Notes under the pieces: generated by a model
What the model saw: the letters and a program-made list of their open reading frames with translations, nothing else
Databases searched by the model: none
What the model was told of the DNA's origin: nothing
Translations under genes and position numbers: made by a program
From: an uncultured delta proteobacterium
GTDB lineage: Bacteria > Myxococcota > B64-G9
Length of the DNA: 64,000 nt
Assembly (NCBI GenBank): GCA_963754925.1
Contig: CAVWHX010000004.1
Span: 960,001-1,024,000 of the forward strand
Direction of reading: 5' to 3'
Shown here: positions 29,436 to 41,332 of the stretch, piece after piece
How positions within the stretch are numbered: position 1 is the first letter of the stretch
Layout of the letters: each line of letters opens with the position of its first letter

Positions 29436-30486
29436 TTCCGCTACCATCACCCGAAACTGAATAGTTACCCCCACGCTGGTATTGTGCGACCGCACGGTTG
29501 TGGCACGCTAAGTTGAGGCAAAACTGGTGGGTGCCGTTGTTTTTCGAAACGAAGAAAAGGTACGGCGTTGTTTCCGGGTAGAGCGCCGCCCGGATCGCTT
29601 CTGCTCCTGGATTGCAGATTGCCCCGGGCGGCAGCCCTTTGTAGCGGTATGTGTTGTACCTATGATCGAGGTTCAAATCAGCTTTGGTGATGATGCCGTT
29701 GAAGTATCCGCGCGAAAGCACGATGGCGTAGATCACCGTCGGATCGGTCTGCAGCGGCCAGCCTCGTTTGAGCCGGTTATAAAACACACCGGCAATGAGT
29801 GATCGCTCCTGGGGCGCGCCGGTCTCTTTCTCGATGATCGACGCGAGGGTGATTGCCTGCAACTCGCTCCATCCAAGTTCGGCGGCGCGCTCACGAAATC
29901 CCAGGGTAAAAACCTGGTGGTACTGGCCGATCATGGTCTCGAGGATGGTTGCGACCGGAGTGTGTTTTTGAAACTGGTAGGTTTCAGGAAACAGGAATCC
30001 CTCCAGGGTATCCCCGGGGAGCCCGTGGCGGTGGACAAACGTCGAATCATGCGCCATCTTCTCAAACTCTGCCGCTTCCGCCAAACCGGCTGCTGCAAAG
30101 AGCTGGGCTATCTCATCGATGCGGAGCCCCTCCGGAATGGTCATTTTGTGGGTAATCGGGATGCCCTCAAGGAGCACCGCAAGAACCTCTACGGGGGTCA
30201 TCGTGTCGCGAAAAGCGAGCTCACCGGATTTGAACTTACCGGCTGCGCGTTTGTAGAAGCGAACCCACCGATAAAAGAGATCGGCATCATCGAGCACCTG
30301 GTTTTTGGCCAGCAGCTCGATCGTTTGCCGGGGACCGCTGCCGGCCGGAATATCGATCGCAATGGTCGCGCCGCTGCCCCGATGGGGGCGCTCGCCGTAC
30401 GATTGAATCCACCAGTACCCTGCCAGCGCCACAATGCCGAGGATCAGGAGCACTCCCACCACGCTCATCAGGATCCATTTTTTCAA
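29383..30486 (-). CDS. mltG: Endolytic transglycosylase MltG
   Basis: TIPEG, LEGFLFPETY, LASIIEKET, LQTDPT, YNTY...GLPPG.ICNPG. Confidence 0.95.
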   Translation of the reverse strand: MKKWILMSVVGVLLILGIVALAGYWWIQSYGERPHRGSGATIAIDIPAGSGPRQTIELLAKNQVLDDADLFYRWVRFYKRAAGKFKSGELAFRDTMTPVEVLAVLLEGIPITHKMTIPEGLRIDEIAQLFAAAGLAEAAEFEKMAHDSTFVHRHGLPGDTLEGFLFPETYQFQKHTPVATILETMIGQYHQVFTLGFRERAAELGWSELQAITLASIIEKETGAPQERSLIAGVFYNRLKRGWPLQTDPTVIYAIVLSRGYFNGIITKADLNLDHRYNTYRYKGLPPGAICNPGAEAIRAALYPETTPYLFFVSKNNGTHQFCLNLACHNRAVAQYQRGGNYSVSGDGSGTRWVTPSRGSPAGAERK

Positions 30487-30923
30487 AGGAGGTTCTCCCT
30501 ATCGTTGGCCGGCTGCTCAGCGTCAAGGTAACTTTGGAGGATCAGGGTGGCTGCAATTTTGTCCACGAGTTGCTTTCGTTTGCGCGTGCGCACCGAGACA
30601 TCCTTCATTATTCCCTGTGCCTCCCAGGTGGTCAGTCGTTCATCCCACAGAAAAATAGGCAGGTTGAGGTGCGCACCCAACGCTGCTCCAAAGCGACGAA
30701 CGCGGGCAGCCGCCTCGCCTTCTGATCCATTCATATTCAGCGGAAAACCAATCACCACCCCCACCACTTCCTCTTCACGAGCTACTTGAGCAATGGCGTC
30801 GAGATCGCGCTGTCCGCCGTGGCGCGTCAATACCGTCAACCCATGGGCCAATAGACCCAATTCATCACTGACCGCCACCCCGATCCGCCGGGTGCCCAGA
30901 TCCAGTCCCAGAAGACGCATCAA
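30483..30923 (-). CDS. ruvX: YqgF/RuvX pre-16S rRNA nuclease
   Basis: GLDLGTRRIGVAVSD, DERLTT, DKIAATLILQSYLD. Confidence 0.95.
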   Translation of the reverse strand: MMRLLGLDLGTRRIGVAVSDELGLLAHGLTVLTRHGGQRDLDAIAQVAREEEVVGVVIGFPLNMNGSEGEAAARVRRFGAALGAHLNLPIFLWDERLTTWEAQGIMKDVSVRTRKRKQLVDKIAATLILQSYLDAEQPANDRENLL

Positions 30924-31010
30924 TTAATTATATCCGTTGGGCGCCTCAATGCAATCGCTTCCGATTTACCTCTTGCCGTAATCAATGCGACTTATTATCA
31001 TACACGCTCT

Positions 31011-31936
31011 ATGGAACGGCATTCCCTACGCAAGCCAAAAGCCCTGACGTCGGGTGATCGGATCCGGCTCGTTGCGCCGGCGAGCCCGTTTGCTCGCGAG
31101 AAGCTCGTCGCCGGCATGGAGGTTATCGCGCGGCTCGGGTTCGTACCCGTTGTTGACCAACGAGAGTTTATCCGCCGTGGCTTCTTGGCCGGCGATGATC
31201 GATCGCGGGCGGAGAGGTTTTCCGCGGCGCTCGCCGAACAAGAAACCCGTGCCGTGTGGTCCATCCGCGGTGGTTATGGTATCACCCGCCTGTTACCGCT
31301 GCTCGATATAGCACAGCTTAAAGCCACCCGAAACTACTTATCGGGTTTTCGGATGTTACGGCGATTCTCAATAGCCTTTCGGCGCCGGATGGGTTTGTGA
31401 CCATTCATGGACCGGTCGTAACGCAGCTACCCAACCTTCCGTTGAGTGCGCGTCGCTGGTTACATGCCCTGATTTCTGATCCGGCTCTCGATGGTCGTGC
31501 GCCGGTCGGTCGGCTCCAGGTTTTGGTGCCCGGTACCGCGGAGGGCAAATTGTTGGGGGGTAATCTCTCGCTGCTTTCGTCACTGTGCGGGACGCCGTTC
31601 GCGCCAGATTTTTCGGATTCGATACTTCTGCTCGAAGATACCGGTGAGGATGCATATCGACTCGATCGAATGTTTGTTCAATTGTTGCAGTCGGGAGCGT
31701 TTCGTAATGTCCGGGGGATCGTCCTTGGTTCGCTTCACCAGTGTCGACCGGCGGGCGGAAGCCGGTACTCGGCGCGAGCGGTGCTGGCCCGCGCCGCGGC
31801 AGCCCTGGGGGTGCCGCTGGTTGCGGGCGGCCGCTTTGGCCATGCTGATTTCCATGTAGCATTACCGTTGGGGGTGCGGGTGCGTCTTGATGCTTCGGCA
31901 GGAACCCTCACGTTGCTCGAACCAGCGGTGGTATAG
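31011..31936 (+). CDS. ldcA: LD-carboxypeptidase (S66), split by an apparent -1 indel near 31318-31328
   Basis: The 5' frame has APAS and RGGYG. The 3' frame has PKLLIGFSDVT (catalytic Ser), GGNLSLL, LLEDTGE and FGH. Confidence 0.9.
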
Positions 31937-31941
31937 CCACG

Positions 31942-33057
31942 ATGCTGTCATCGAGTGACCATGCAGAGTTGTTTTCGATGATGGAAGATGGCGTTCGGCG
32001 TGGCGTGTTTCCGGGTGGCGTTTTAATAGTGCGTAAGGGCGGGAGTATCGTGCATCGCTCGGCTCATGGACGCCCGGCGCTTGATAGCTCGAACAACGTT
32101 GATTTCGATACTATTTTTGATGTAGCCTCGTTGTCCAAGATCCTTGCCACCACGGGATTGATTCTTGATCTGATTTCGCGCGGGTTGCTTAATCTCGAAA
32201 GTCGCGTCGCGGAATTTATCCCCGGCTTTTCCGGCGACGGACGCGACCAAATTCAGGTGGTGCATCTTCTTGAGCACAGCAGCGGATTGGTAGCCCATCG
32301 GCCGTATTTTAAAGATATGCCCGCACGGGAAGTCGCCACGGTAATGGGGCGCGATGCAATCCGCAGGCGCGTAAGCACGGAGTGTCCAGGGACTGCGCCT
32401 GGTGCGTACGCTCTCTACAGCGATCTGGGATTTATCCTGCTTGACTGGCTGATTGAGAACGTAACCGGACAGGCATTGGATGATTTATTTTTTGATCGCA
32501 TTGTCAAACCGCTTTCGATGCGGAATAGTTTTTTCATTGACCTCAAGGAACTGGCCAAGGCTGCGACTGCGCGCGCAGAACGGGAGTTTGCGGCTACGGA
32601 GTATTGTCAATGGCGTGGACGAATGCTGGTCGGCGAAGTGCATGATGAAAACGCCTATGCCATGGGCGGTGTGAGCGGACACTCGGGCTTATTCGCCACC
32701 GCCGATGATGTGATGCGGCTGGCGACAGTATGGCTGGATGGGTGGCAGGGACGCGCTGGACTGTTCGACCCGCATTGGGTACGACGGTTCTTCACAAAAG
32801 CAAACCAGCCGGGGTCTACGCGGGCGCTCGGATTCGATACGCCCTCGCCAGAGGGCTCGCAGGCCGGACAGCACTTCGGGCCGGCCGCGGTAGGACACTT
32901 AGGTTTTACCGGCACGTCGCTATGGATCGACCCGGATCAGAATCTGATCGTGGTGCTTATGACCAACCGCGTTCACCCGACGCGGTCCAACGAGGCGATT
33001 AAGGAGTTTAGACCACGCTTGCATGACGCGGTTGTCGCTGCGTTTGGCGGCCACTGA
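31942..33057 (+). CDS. Beta-lactamase-family serine hydrolase (no signal peptide)
   Basis: FDVASLSK (SxxK), YSDLGF, GEVHDENA, GHLGFTGTSLWIDP. Confidence 0.9.
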   Translation: MLSSSDHAELFSMMEDGVRRGVFPGGVLIVRKGGSIVHRSAHGRPALDSSNNVDFDTIFDVASLSKILATTGLILDLISRGLLNLESRVAEFIPGFSGDGRDQIQVVHLLEHSSGLVAHRPYFKDMPAREVATVMGRDAIRRRVSTECPGTAPGAYALYSDLGFILLDWLIENVTGQALDDLFFDRIVKPLSMRNSFFIDLKELAKAATARAEREFAATEYCQWRGRMLVGEVHDENAYAMGGVSGHSGLFATADDVMRLATVWLDGWQGRAGLFDPHWVRRFFTKANQPGSTRALGFDTPSPEGSQAGQHFGPAAVGHLGFTGTSLWIDPDQNLIVVLMTNRVHPTRSNEAIKEFRPRLHDAVVAAFGGH

Positions 33058-33068
33058 AAGGTGTACCG

Positions 33069-34469
33069 ATGAAGATTCACATGGTGGCAATTTGCGGTAC
33101 CGGCATGGGATCGCTCGCTGGTTTGCTCAAGGAAGCCGGACATGATGTGCGCGGCTCGGACAAAGCCTTCTATCCGCCCATGTCGGAGAGCTTACGCGCC
33201 TGGGGTGTTCCAACGCTGAAAGGATTCGATGCCTCCCGTATCGGACCGGGTATTGATTTGGTCGTGGTCGGCAACGCCTGTCGCCGGGACAACCCGGAGG
33301 TGCAGGCGGCGCTGGCGCGCGGCGTGCAGGTGATGAGCTTCCCCCAGGCATTGGCCGAATTTTTCATCAAACAGAAGCGCTCGTTGGTCGTGGCTGGAAC
33401 CCACGGCAAAACCACCACTGCTGCGCTACTGGCATTTGGACTGACCCAAGCTCAACGCGATCCGTCCTTTCTGATCGGCGGCATTCCGCTTAACTTTGGT
33501 AAAAGCTTCCACCAGGGCGCGGGGGACCTGTTTGTGGTGGAAGGAGATGAGTACGACACGGCTTTCTTCGACAAGCGACCCAAGTTCATCCACTACCGTC
33601 CTCGGGTGGTGGTGCTCACCTCGGTTGAGTTCGACCATGCAGATATCTACCCGAGTATGGATGCGTACCGGGCCGCCTTTCGAAACCTCATAGCCTTGCT
33701 ACCCCCGCATGGGTTATTGATCGCGTGCGAAGACTATCCCGAGGTGAGCACGCTTGCTCACCGTGCGCCCTGCCCGGTGGTGACGTATGGACTAACAGCA
33801 GGTCGTGACTACAGTGCCACCGAAATCGAGGTTGGCGACGCAGGAAGCACTTTTAACTTGGCGGTCCGGGGGAGGTATGTTGCGCGAATCAGCACGCCGC
33901 TTGCCGGACGGCATAACGTTGCCAATATGGTAGCGGTTCTGGCGGCGATGGATCATGTCGGTATTCTTCCGGACGAAGCCGCCGGTCTCCTGAGTGGTTT
34001 TACGGGGGTGGCGCGGCGCATGCAGGTGCGGGGGGTTGAGCGCGGCGTCACGGTCATTGATGATTTTGCGCATCATCCCACCAAGGTGCGGGAGACCGTC
34101 GCGGCTGCCCGCGCGCGCTATCCGCAGGCTTACCTGGTGGCGGTCTTCGAGCCGCGTACCAACAGCAGTCGGCGCAACGTATTCCAGAAAGAATATCCGT
34201 CATCGTTCACCGGTGCGGATCGGGTGGTGATCACGCTGCCGTTTGAGATGGAGAAGATCCCCGAGGACGAACGTTTTGACTCGGCTGCGCTGGTACGTGT
34301 ATTGCAGGCTGGAGGCCAAACTGCTCAGCTTGCGCCCAATGCAGATGCCGTGGTGAAAGAGCTCGCGCCGAGTCTACCGCAGGGTTCGGTTGTGCTGATA
34401 ATGTCCAACGGCGATTTTGACGGAATCCACGAAAAGCTACTGACCGCACTTAAACTGGGGAAACTCTGA
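33069..34469 (+). CDS. mpl: Murein tripeptide ligase Mpl
   Basis: ICGTGMGSLA, GTHGKTTT, EGDEYDTAFFDKRPKF, DDFAHHPT, MSNGDFDGIH. Confidence 0.93.
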   Translation: MKIHMVAICGTGMGSLAGLLKEAGHDVRGSDKAFYPPMSESLRAWGVPTLKGFDASRIGPGIDLVVVGNACRRDNPEVQAALARGVQVMSFPQALAEFFIKQKRSLVVAGTHGKTTTAALLAFGLTQAQRDPSFLIGGIPLNFGKSFHQGAGDLFVVEGDEYDTAFFDKRPKFIHYRPRVVVLTSVEFDHADIYPSMDAYRAAFRNLIALLPPHGLLIACEDYPEVSTLAHRAPCPVVTYGLTAGRDYSATEIEVGDAGSTFNLAVRGRYVARISTPLAGRHNVANMVAVLAAMDHVGILPDEAAGLLSGFTGVARRMQVRGVERGVTVIDDFAHHPTKVRETVAAARARYPQAYLVAVFEPRTNSSRRNVFQKEYPSSFTGADRVVITLPFEMEKIPEDERFDSAALVRVLQAGGQTAQLAPNADAVVKELAPSLPQGSVVLIMSNGDFDGIHEKLLTALKLGKL

Positions 34470-34760
34470 AATATCGCCGGTCAGTCCACAAGCGGCAAAA
34501 TTCCCATCCCTTATTTGATAACACTCGCAGGTGCCGGCTTCGAGGATCGATTTACAGCAGTTTTGTTGCTCGTTCGAGAGATTCACATTTTGGTTGGCGG
34601 CATTAACGGCATCATTACAACGGTTTTGTTGGTTCACGGTAGGTTGGCAGCCGCAAATAATATTGGCGAGGTGCTTGCAGTCGTTGCCACACGCCGAGAC
34701 CATGCCAGCTCCTACGAGAGCAACACACAAGGCCAAGGTTAGGTCTTTTAGGTTCAACAT
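34437..34760 (-). CDS. Small Cys-rich putative lipoprotein
   Basis: Lipobox-like VSAC followed by many Cys in the short mature part. Confidence 0.7.
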   Translation of the reverse strand: MLNLKDLTLALCVALVGAGMVSACGNDCKHLANIICGCQPTVNQQNRCNDAVNAANQNVNLSNEQQNCCKSILEAGTCECYQIRDGNFAACGLTGDISEFPQFKCGQ

Positions 34761-34853
34761 GGCGGCCATGCTAGACCTGCTGCCGATGAACTGTCAAGCG
34801 CATTGGTGAAAACAGTTGCAACAAAACAAAAATCGGTTCAAAACAGCAACGAT

Positions 34854-34940
34854 GGAGGGATGGCCGAGTGGTTTAAGGCGGCGGTCTTGAAAACCGCTGA
34901 AGTGGAAACACTTCCGGGGGTTCGAATCCCTCTCCCTCCG
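34854..34940 (+). tRNA. tRNA-Ser (anticodon TGA), CCA not encoded
   Basis: GGAGGGA/TCCCTCC acceptor stem, GCGGT-CTTGAAA-ACCGC anticodon arm, long variable arm, GGTTCGAATCC T-arm. Confidence 0.97.
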
Positions 34941-34955
34941 ATAGGTTAACGCCAG

Positions 34956-35753
34956 ATGGGCGCGAAATTCAGCGTATGGGTTCTTCGAATTGCAGCGGCA
35001 ATTTTTTTGTTAGCGGCAATGCTTGGCCTTTGGCTGTCGGTCGTGCCGCTGTGGGCGAAGGGGTTGCTGACAGGCCTCGTCTTCTTGGGAGGCGCGACCC
35101 TCGCGTTTTGGAAAGAACCGGCCTTCGATCCGCTCTGCAGGGTCCGCTGGCGAGTGCCCAGCAAAGGACGGAAGCTCTGTGCGATTACCTTCGATGACGG
35201 CCCCAGCCCAGACACGGGACAGGTCCTCGATGCGCTCGCTCACGCCCGTGTAGAAGCCACCTTCTTTGTGTTAGTTGAGCATGCCCGTCGGTATCCGGAA
35301 CTGCTTCGGCGCACCCAAGCGGACGGGCACGCAATTGGGATACACGGTATGACCCATCGAAAACTAAACGGGGCCGACGAGTCAACGGTTGCGCGCGAGG
35401 TACGAGGAGCGCTGGAGGGACTTCGCGCGCTTGGGGTGACCCCGGCGCCACTCTATCGTCCCCCGCACGGTTTCAAGTCTCGAGCGGTTTTTCGGTTGGC
35501 TCGACAGCTTGGATTGACCATCTGGGCCTGGAGCCGAGGTGTGTGGGATACGGATCTGCCGCCCGCAGACGTTTTGGTGATTCGAGCAACGCTTTGCGCC
35601 CGACCGGGAATGGTGTTGTTGTTGCATGACGGCCGTGGAGACGAACCGTCACCCAACATCGGCCCGATGATAGAGGCACTGCCCCGCATCATCGAGAAGC
35701 TCCGGAAACGGGGTTTTGAGTTTGTACGACTCGACCGAATCGATATACCCTAG
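34956..35753 (+). CDS. Membrane-anchored polysaccharide deacetylase (NodB/CE4)
   Basis: Two TM segments; TFDDGP, HGMTH, YRPPHG, LLHDG. Confidence 0.92.
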   Translation: MGAKFSVWVLRIAAAIFLLAAMLGLWLSVVPLWAKGLLTGLVFLGGATLAFWKEPAFDPLCRVRWRVPSKGRKLCAITFDDGPSPDTGQVLDALAHARVEATFFVLVEHARRYPELLRRTQADGHAIGIHGMTHRKLNGADESTVAREVRGALEGLRALGVTPAPLYRPPHGFKSRAVFRLARQLGLTIWAWSRGVWDTDLPPADVLVIRATLCARPGMVLLLHDGRGDEPSPNIGPMIEALPRIIEKLRKRGFEFVRLDRIDIP

Positions 35754-35875
35754 GCATCGGTCATTGTTATCGTAAAGACGCAGGCACACGCCGTAGTCTG
35801 CAGCTCCGGCAAATCTCGTTTCTCTTCCGTCATCCCGGGTACGGTTATGATTGGTATGTATACCGAACCGAGCGC

Positions 35876-36118
35876 TTACTTCCGGCCGGTTAGTTCCCGT
35901 TCGGCTTGCAGCCAGTCGTCCTGGTCGTTACCGTTGATGCCACCACGCTCAAGATAGATTTGGTAAGCCCGGGCCGCGATATCTTCACGACTCGGCTGGT
36001 TGTTGGTAGCGCTGGTGCTCCGTGAAGTCTTTGGCGAAGACATTTTCGATTCCGGAGCTTTGATGGTAGAAGCAGAAGTGTCGTTTCGCTTATTGATGGG
36101 TTTTTGTGTGGTATTCAT
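35876..36118 (-). CDS. DUF2934-type small protein
   Basis: IAARAYQIYLERGG...DWLQAEREL; RBS AGGAGG before ATG 36118. Confidence 0.85.
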   Translation of the reverse strand: MNTTQKPINKRNDTSASTIKAPESKMSSPKTSRSTSATNNQPSREDIAARAYQIYLERGGINGNDQDDWLQAERELTGRK

Positions 36119-36445
36119 CGTACCCCTCCTTTGGGTTATCAATTCACTAGAGTCCTTTTTGTTTTTTTTTGGTCTCACTTTGTTTTGGTGCTCAGGAAAT
36201 GGATGTCTCTGCATTAAAACAACGAACCCCCAACTTTCGGCCATTCTATCATACCGTTCGACCGAGCAAATAACCTTCAATCTGTCGACCCTCGATATGT
36301 AACAAAATTCGCCGAGGATTGCAAGTGAATTCGATTCAGATTTTTCATGCTACTGACAAGAAATATTTATATCACAGAATTCTCATCAAGTTGACTCAGT
36401 TATATAAAGTGCCTACACTAGTAGCTCGATTTTTAGGAGTCGGCT

Positions 36446-38956
36446 GTGCTTGATCGGTATAAGGAAAATCAGCTTCTGCGGGTTGCCAACCAGCGAAAGC
36501 AACGCCCCTGGTGGTTGCAATTGGTGTTGTTTGGATTGAGTTGCCTGATAGCATGGACAGCCATCACCACGGTCGGGATTTGTCTCCTCTATCTTCTTAT
36601 TCGACATACCATTCCTTCTTTGCCGGAGCTTGTTCAGTACACACCTCCTTTAACCACCAGGGTGTTTAGCCAAACAGGAACCTTGATTGGCGAGTTTGCC
36701 ATCGAGCGTCGAGATGTTGTTCCCTCGCAGAAAGTCCCACGGGGATTGGTCGCGGCTTTCATCGCGTCCGAAGACGACAACTTTTTCAACCACGGCGGGA
36801 TTGACCCCGTGGGCATTGTCCGGGCAGCGTTGAAGAACCTTCGCGCGGGGCGCATAACGCAAGGCGGTTCGACCATCACCCAGCAGGTTGCCAAGAGCCT
36901 CATTGGTCGGGAGAAAACCTTTTCCCGTAAGTTCAAGGAAGCCATTTTGGCTACCCGGCTCGAACAGAAATATACTAAGGAGGAGATTCTCTTTTTCTAC
37001 CTCAATCAAATCTATCTGGGACACGGTTCATACGGCGTTCAGGCCGCCGCCCGCAACTACTTTCGGAAAAACGTTTGGGATCTCGCCCTGCCCGAGATGG
37101 CCACTATCGCCGGCTTGCCTCAAGCGCCGTCCGATTACGATCCGGTTGATCGTCCTAAAGCGGCGCTCGACCGACGTTCCTATGTGCTCAACCGCATGCG
37201 GGCACTAAACGAGATCAGCGCGCAACAAGAGCAGGAAGCCTCGCGCACGCCGCTCTCAGCGCAGCCTATTCTCGATCGGTTTCGTCTGCATGCGCCGTAC
37301 TTTACCGAAGAGGTTCGGCGTGAACTTCAGGAGTTGTACGGAACCGAAGGCCTGTATGAGGGCGGGCTGACGGTTGAAACCAGCGTGGATCCCGACTGGC
37401 AGCAGGCAGCTGAGGAAACGCTGCTGCCGGCATTGCGAACGGTTGATCACCGACAGGGTTACCGCGGGCCGCTCATAACCATCGAAGACAAGGAAAAGCG
37501 CGCTGACTTCTTGAAAAAGCTTCAAGAGCACCTGCCGCCTGAAGCGATTGAAAATGGTCGATCGGTACCGGCGGTGGTGTTAAGGGTCGATGAGGATCTG
37601 GCCGAGATCGCAGTCGGCGGCACCACCGGCGTGCTGCCGATTTTCGGCATGCGCTGGGCGCGTAAACCCGACCCAGAAATTCTTCACGCCTCGGTTCGAG
37701 TCACCGACATCCGTAAGGTGCTCAAGGAAGGCGATGTTATCATCGTGACCAAGGCCGACCCAGAGGTCTTGCTGAGTAACGAACCGCCTGCCTTACGCAA
37801 GCTTCTGCCGGAAGGGAGGCCGGTCTTCGCCCTCGACCAGATTCCCTCCATGCAGGGGGCGCTGATCTCGGTCGAGCCTGCGCTTGGCTATGTGCGCTCA
37901 ATCATCGGAGGCTATAACTTCCAAGACAGTGAATTTAATCGGGTGCTGCAAGCGTGCCGCCAGCCCGGTAGCGCTTTCAAACCGCTCCATTACTCGCTGG
38001 CGATCGAATCGAAGAATTTCAATCCGGCTACCGTAATCGTTGACTCGGCGGTGGTCTATGACGACCCCGATAACGAAAAGCGCTGGAAGCCGGAAAACTT
38101 CGATGCAGATTTCAAAGGACCGGTCACCGTACATACTGCCTTGGTTAAATCAATGAATCTTCCAGCCATCAAAGTGCTCGACGCTGTGGGCATTACCGAA
38201 GCCATCAACTGGGACCATAACCTTGGCATAACCACCGCGCTCGCGCCCGAGCTTGGATTGGCGCTCGGCGCCTCCTGCGTTAAGCCATGGGACCTGCTGC
38301 AAGCCTACGCGGTTTTTAACCAAGGTGGGGTTAGGACCACGGACCATTTCATCCGTAAGGTGACCGATCGTTACGGGCGGGTGCTTCTCAACCATACCTC
38401 GTACCTGGATCCGTATCAGACCTGGGACGAACGCTTCGATCGAGCCTATGACCGCGTGTCAGACCCGCCGGTGCGGATGATCTCGGCCCAGTCGAACTAC
38501 GTTCTGCTGTCGCTTCTCAAGGCCGTCTGCCTTTACGGAACCGGCGCGGGTACGCAGGTGATCCACAAGCCAGTGGCCGGAAAAACCGGGACAACCAATA
38601 AATCCGCCGACGCTTGGTTTGTGGGCTTCACCCACGACGTGATCACCCTGGCGTGGATTGGGCACGATGATCCGAAGGATCCGCTGGGAATCGTCGAGAC
38701 CGGTTCTCACACGGTCGTGCCCATTTGGGCGAGTTATATGGGACGAATTTTGGCTCATCGTCCCCAGGCTGACTTTGAGGTCCCCGAGGGCATCGTTTTT
38801 GCTCAAATCGATCCGGACACCGGTTATTTAGCACGTCCGGACGCTCCTCGCTCGGTGCAAGCGGCTTTTAAAGACGGCGAGCAACCCACGCAATACGGTC
38901 CGGCCGATGATGTGGTTCGCTCCGGGCAGTTCTTCAAGGTGGATCGGGAACGCTAG
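36446..38956 (+). CDS. mrcA: Penicillin-binding protein 1A (class A)
   Basis: EDDNFFNHGGID, QGGSTITQQ, RQPGSAFKP, SMN, GKTGTT. Confidence 0.93.
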   Translation: MLDRYKENQLLRVANQRKQRPWWLQLVLFGLSCLIAWTAITTVGICLLYLLIRHTIPSLPELVQYTPPLTTRVFSQTGTLIGEFAIERRDVVPSQKVPRGLVAAFIASEDDNFFNHGGIDPVGIVRAALKNLRAGRITQGGSTITQQVAKSLIGREKTFSRKFKEAILATRLEQKYTKEEILFFYLNQIYLGHGSYGVQAAARNYFRKNVWDLALPEMATIAGLPQAPSDYDPVDRPKAALDRRSYVLNRMRALNEISAQQEQEASRTPLSAQPILDRFRLHAPYFTEEVRRELQELYGTEGLYEGGLTVETSVDPDWQQAAEETLLPALRTVDHRQGYRGPLITIEDKEKRADFLKKLQEHLPPEAIENGRSVPAVVLRVDEDLAEIAVGGTTGVLPIFGMRWARKPDPEILHASVRVTDIRKVLKEGDVIIVTKADPEVLLSNEPPALRKLLPEGRPVFALDQIPSMQGALISVEPALGYVRSIIGGYNFQDSEFNRVLQACRQPGSAFKPLHYSLAIESKNFNPATVIVDSAVVYDDPDNEKRWKPENFDADFKGPVTVHTALVKSMNLPAIKVLDAVGITEAINWDHNLGITTALAPELGLALGASCVKPWDLLQAYAVFNQGGVRTTDHFIRKVTDRYGRVLLNHTSYLDPYQTWDERFDRAYDRVSDPPVRMISAQSNYVLLSLLKAVCLYGTGAGTQVIHKPVAGKTGTTNKSADAWFVGFTHDVITLAWIGHDDPKDPLGIVETGSHTVVPIWASYMGRILAHRPQADFEVPEGIVFAQIDPDTGYLARPDAPRSVQAAFKDGEQPTQYGPADDVVRSGQFFKVDRER

Positions 38957-39025
38957 AGGTTGTTGCCGAGAGGAGCGAGGCTTACAACCTCTTGTCCTTT
39001 TAGGGGAGTGAGCGTACAGTCTCTT
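38953..39025 (+). repeat. Family A unit followed by the right half of another unit
   Basis: CTAGAGGTTGTTGCCGAGAGGAGCGAGGCTTACAACCTCTTGTCCTTTTAGGGG then AGTGAGCGTACAGTCTCTT; carries both convergent stop codons. Confidence 0.85.
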
Positions 39026-40052
39026 GAAACTTCCAATAACGCTGCTGAACGCGGCGGGCGGCTTTGAGCACATTCTCAGCCGCACCCATGTCGCCCGGAT
39101 CGGATTCTTTTGACCACAGACCGAGTAATGCCTTAATGCACATCGCGACACTCTCGGCCTGTCCGTCGATATGATAGCCGCCCTCAAGCATTAATACCAA
39201 TCGACCCTGGGAACATTCGGCCGCCAGATCGAGCAATTGACCGGTGAGAGAGGCGTAGCCCTCGGGGGTCATCTTCATGCTGCCGAGGGGATCGTGCACA
39301 TAGGTATTGAAGCCGGCGCTGACCAGAATCAATTCCGGAGCAAATTGGCGTGCGATAGGGATCAGCACCTCACGAAAGGCGGCTCGATACTCGCGATCGC
39401 CCATGTGTGGACCAAAGGGTACATTAACGGTAAAGCCCGTTCCGGGACCGGTGCCTACGTCTTCGAGCGCTCCGGTGCCTGGATAAAAGGGATATTGATG
39501 GGTGCTGAAGTATAAGACATCCGGACGATCGTAAAAGCTGTGCATGGTGCCGTTGCCGTGGTGCAGATCCCAATCGACAATCAGCACCCGCTTGATGCCG
39601 AGCGCCTGGCGCGCGTGTTCAGCGGCGATGGCGATGTTGTTGAAGAGACAAAAACCCATTGCATGATCACGCTCGGCGTGGTGCCCGGGAGGGCGCACCA
39701 GGGCAAAACCGTTCTCAAGTCTTCCGGCGACCACCTCTTCCACTAACTTGATTGACCCACCCGCCGCTAATTCAGCAGCCTGGAAAGAATCCGGCGAGGT
39801 TTGCGTGTCGGGATCGAGGCTCGCGCTGTGACCGTCGGTTGCGGCAATTCGGTCATAATGGGCGGGGCTATGCACCCGGCAAATTTCATCTTTCGTAGCC
39901 GCTCGAGGCGGCACCCGAACTACTTTTTGAAGAAGCCCCTGGCGCTCGAGGGTTGCGTAGGCGGCGACCAGACGGTCGGGCGACTCCGGATGCCAGGGGC
40001 CGGGATCATGCTTGATATAGAGGGGATCCATCACCACACCTGCTTGCCTCAT
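39000..40052 (-). CDS. Histone deacetylase family protein (acetoin-utilisation / acetylpolyamine amidohydrolase-like)
   Basis: [35 protein letters not shown] where SAGFD is canonical. Confidence 0.93.
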   Translation of the reverse strand: MRQAGVVMDPLYIKHDPGPWHPESPDRLVAAYATLERQGLLQKVVRVPPRAATKDEICRVHSPAHYDRIAATDGHSASLDPDTQTSPDSFQAAELAAGGSIKLVEEVVAGRLENGFALVRPPGHHAERDHAMGFCLFNNIAIAAEHARQALGIKRVLIVDWDLHHGNGTMHSFYDRPDVLYFSTHQYPFYPGTGALEDVGTGPGTGFTVNVPFGPHMGDREYRAAFREVLIPIARQFAPELILVSAGFNTYVHDPLGSMKMTPEGYASLTGQLLDLAAECSQGRLVLMLEGGYHIDGQAESVAMCIKALLGLWSKESDPGDMGAAENVLKAARRVQQRYWKFQETVRSLP

Positions 40053-40300
40053 ACAAACCTCCCACGGTCACAAACACGTCTGGTCTATGGTATACCGCTG
40101 TGGGATGAGGATGCAACGAACATCACTTCACGTGTTCCTCATGTGCTTCGTACATGACCTTTGGACATGCTGGTAGAGACTATTGCTCTTGACAGCCAGA
40201 AAGAGTATACCATTCCACAGCGAAACCTGCGTTAGGTACCTATGCAATGGTTGCACCGTTCGTGTGAGTCGGAATTCAGAAGCGGTAAAGGATTACACAC

Positions 40301-41311
<1,011 letters not shown>

Positions 41312-41332
41312 ACGAGGGGGGCAGCGATCAGT

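Noticed and set aside
34854..36400. Genomic island integrated at tRNA-Ser
   Set aside because: No integrase and no duplicated tRNA 3' end were seen downstream.
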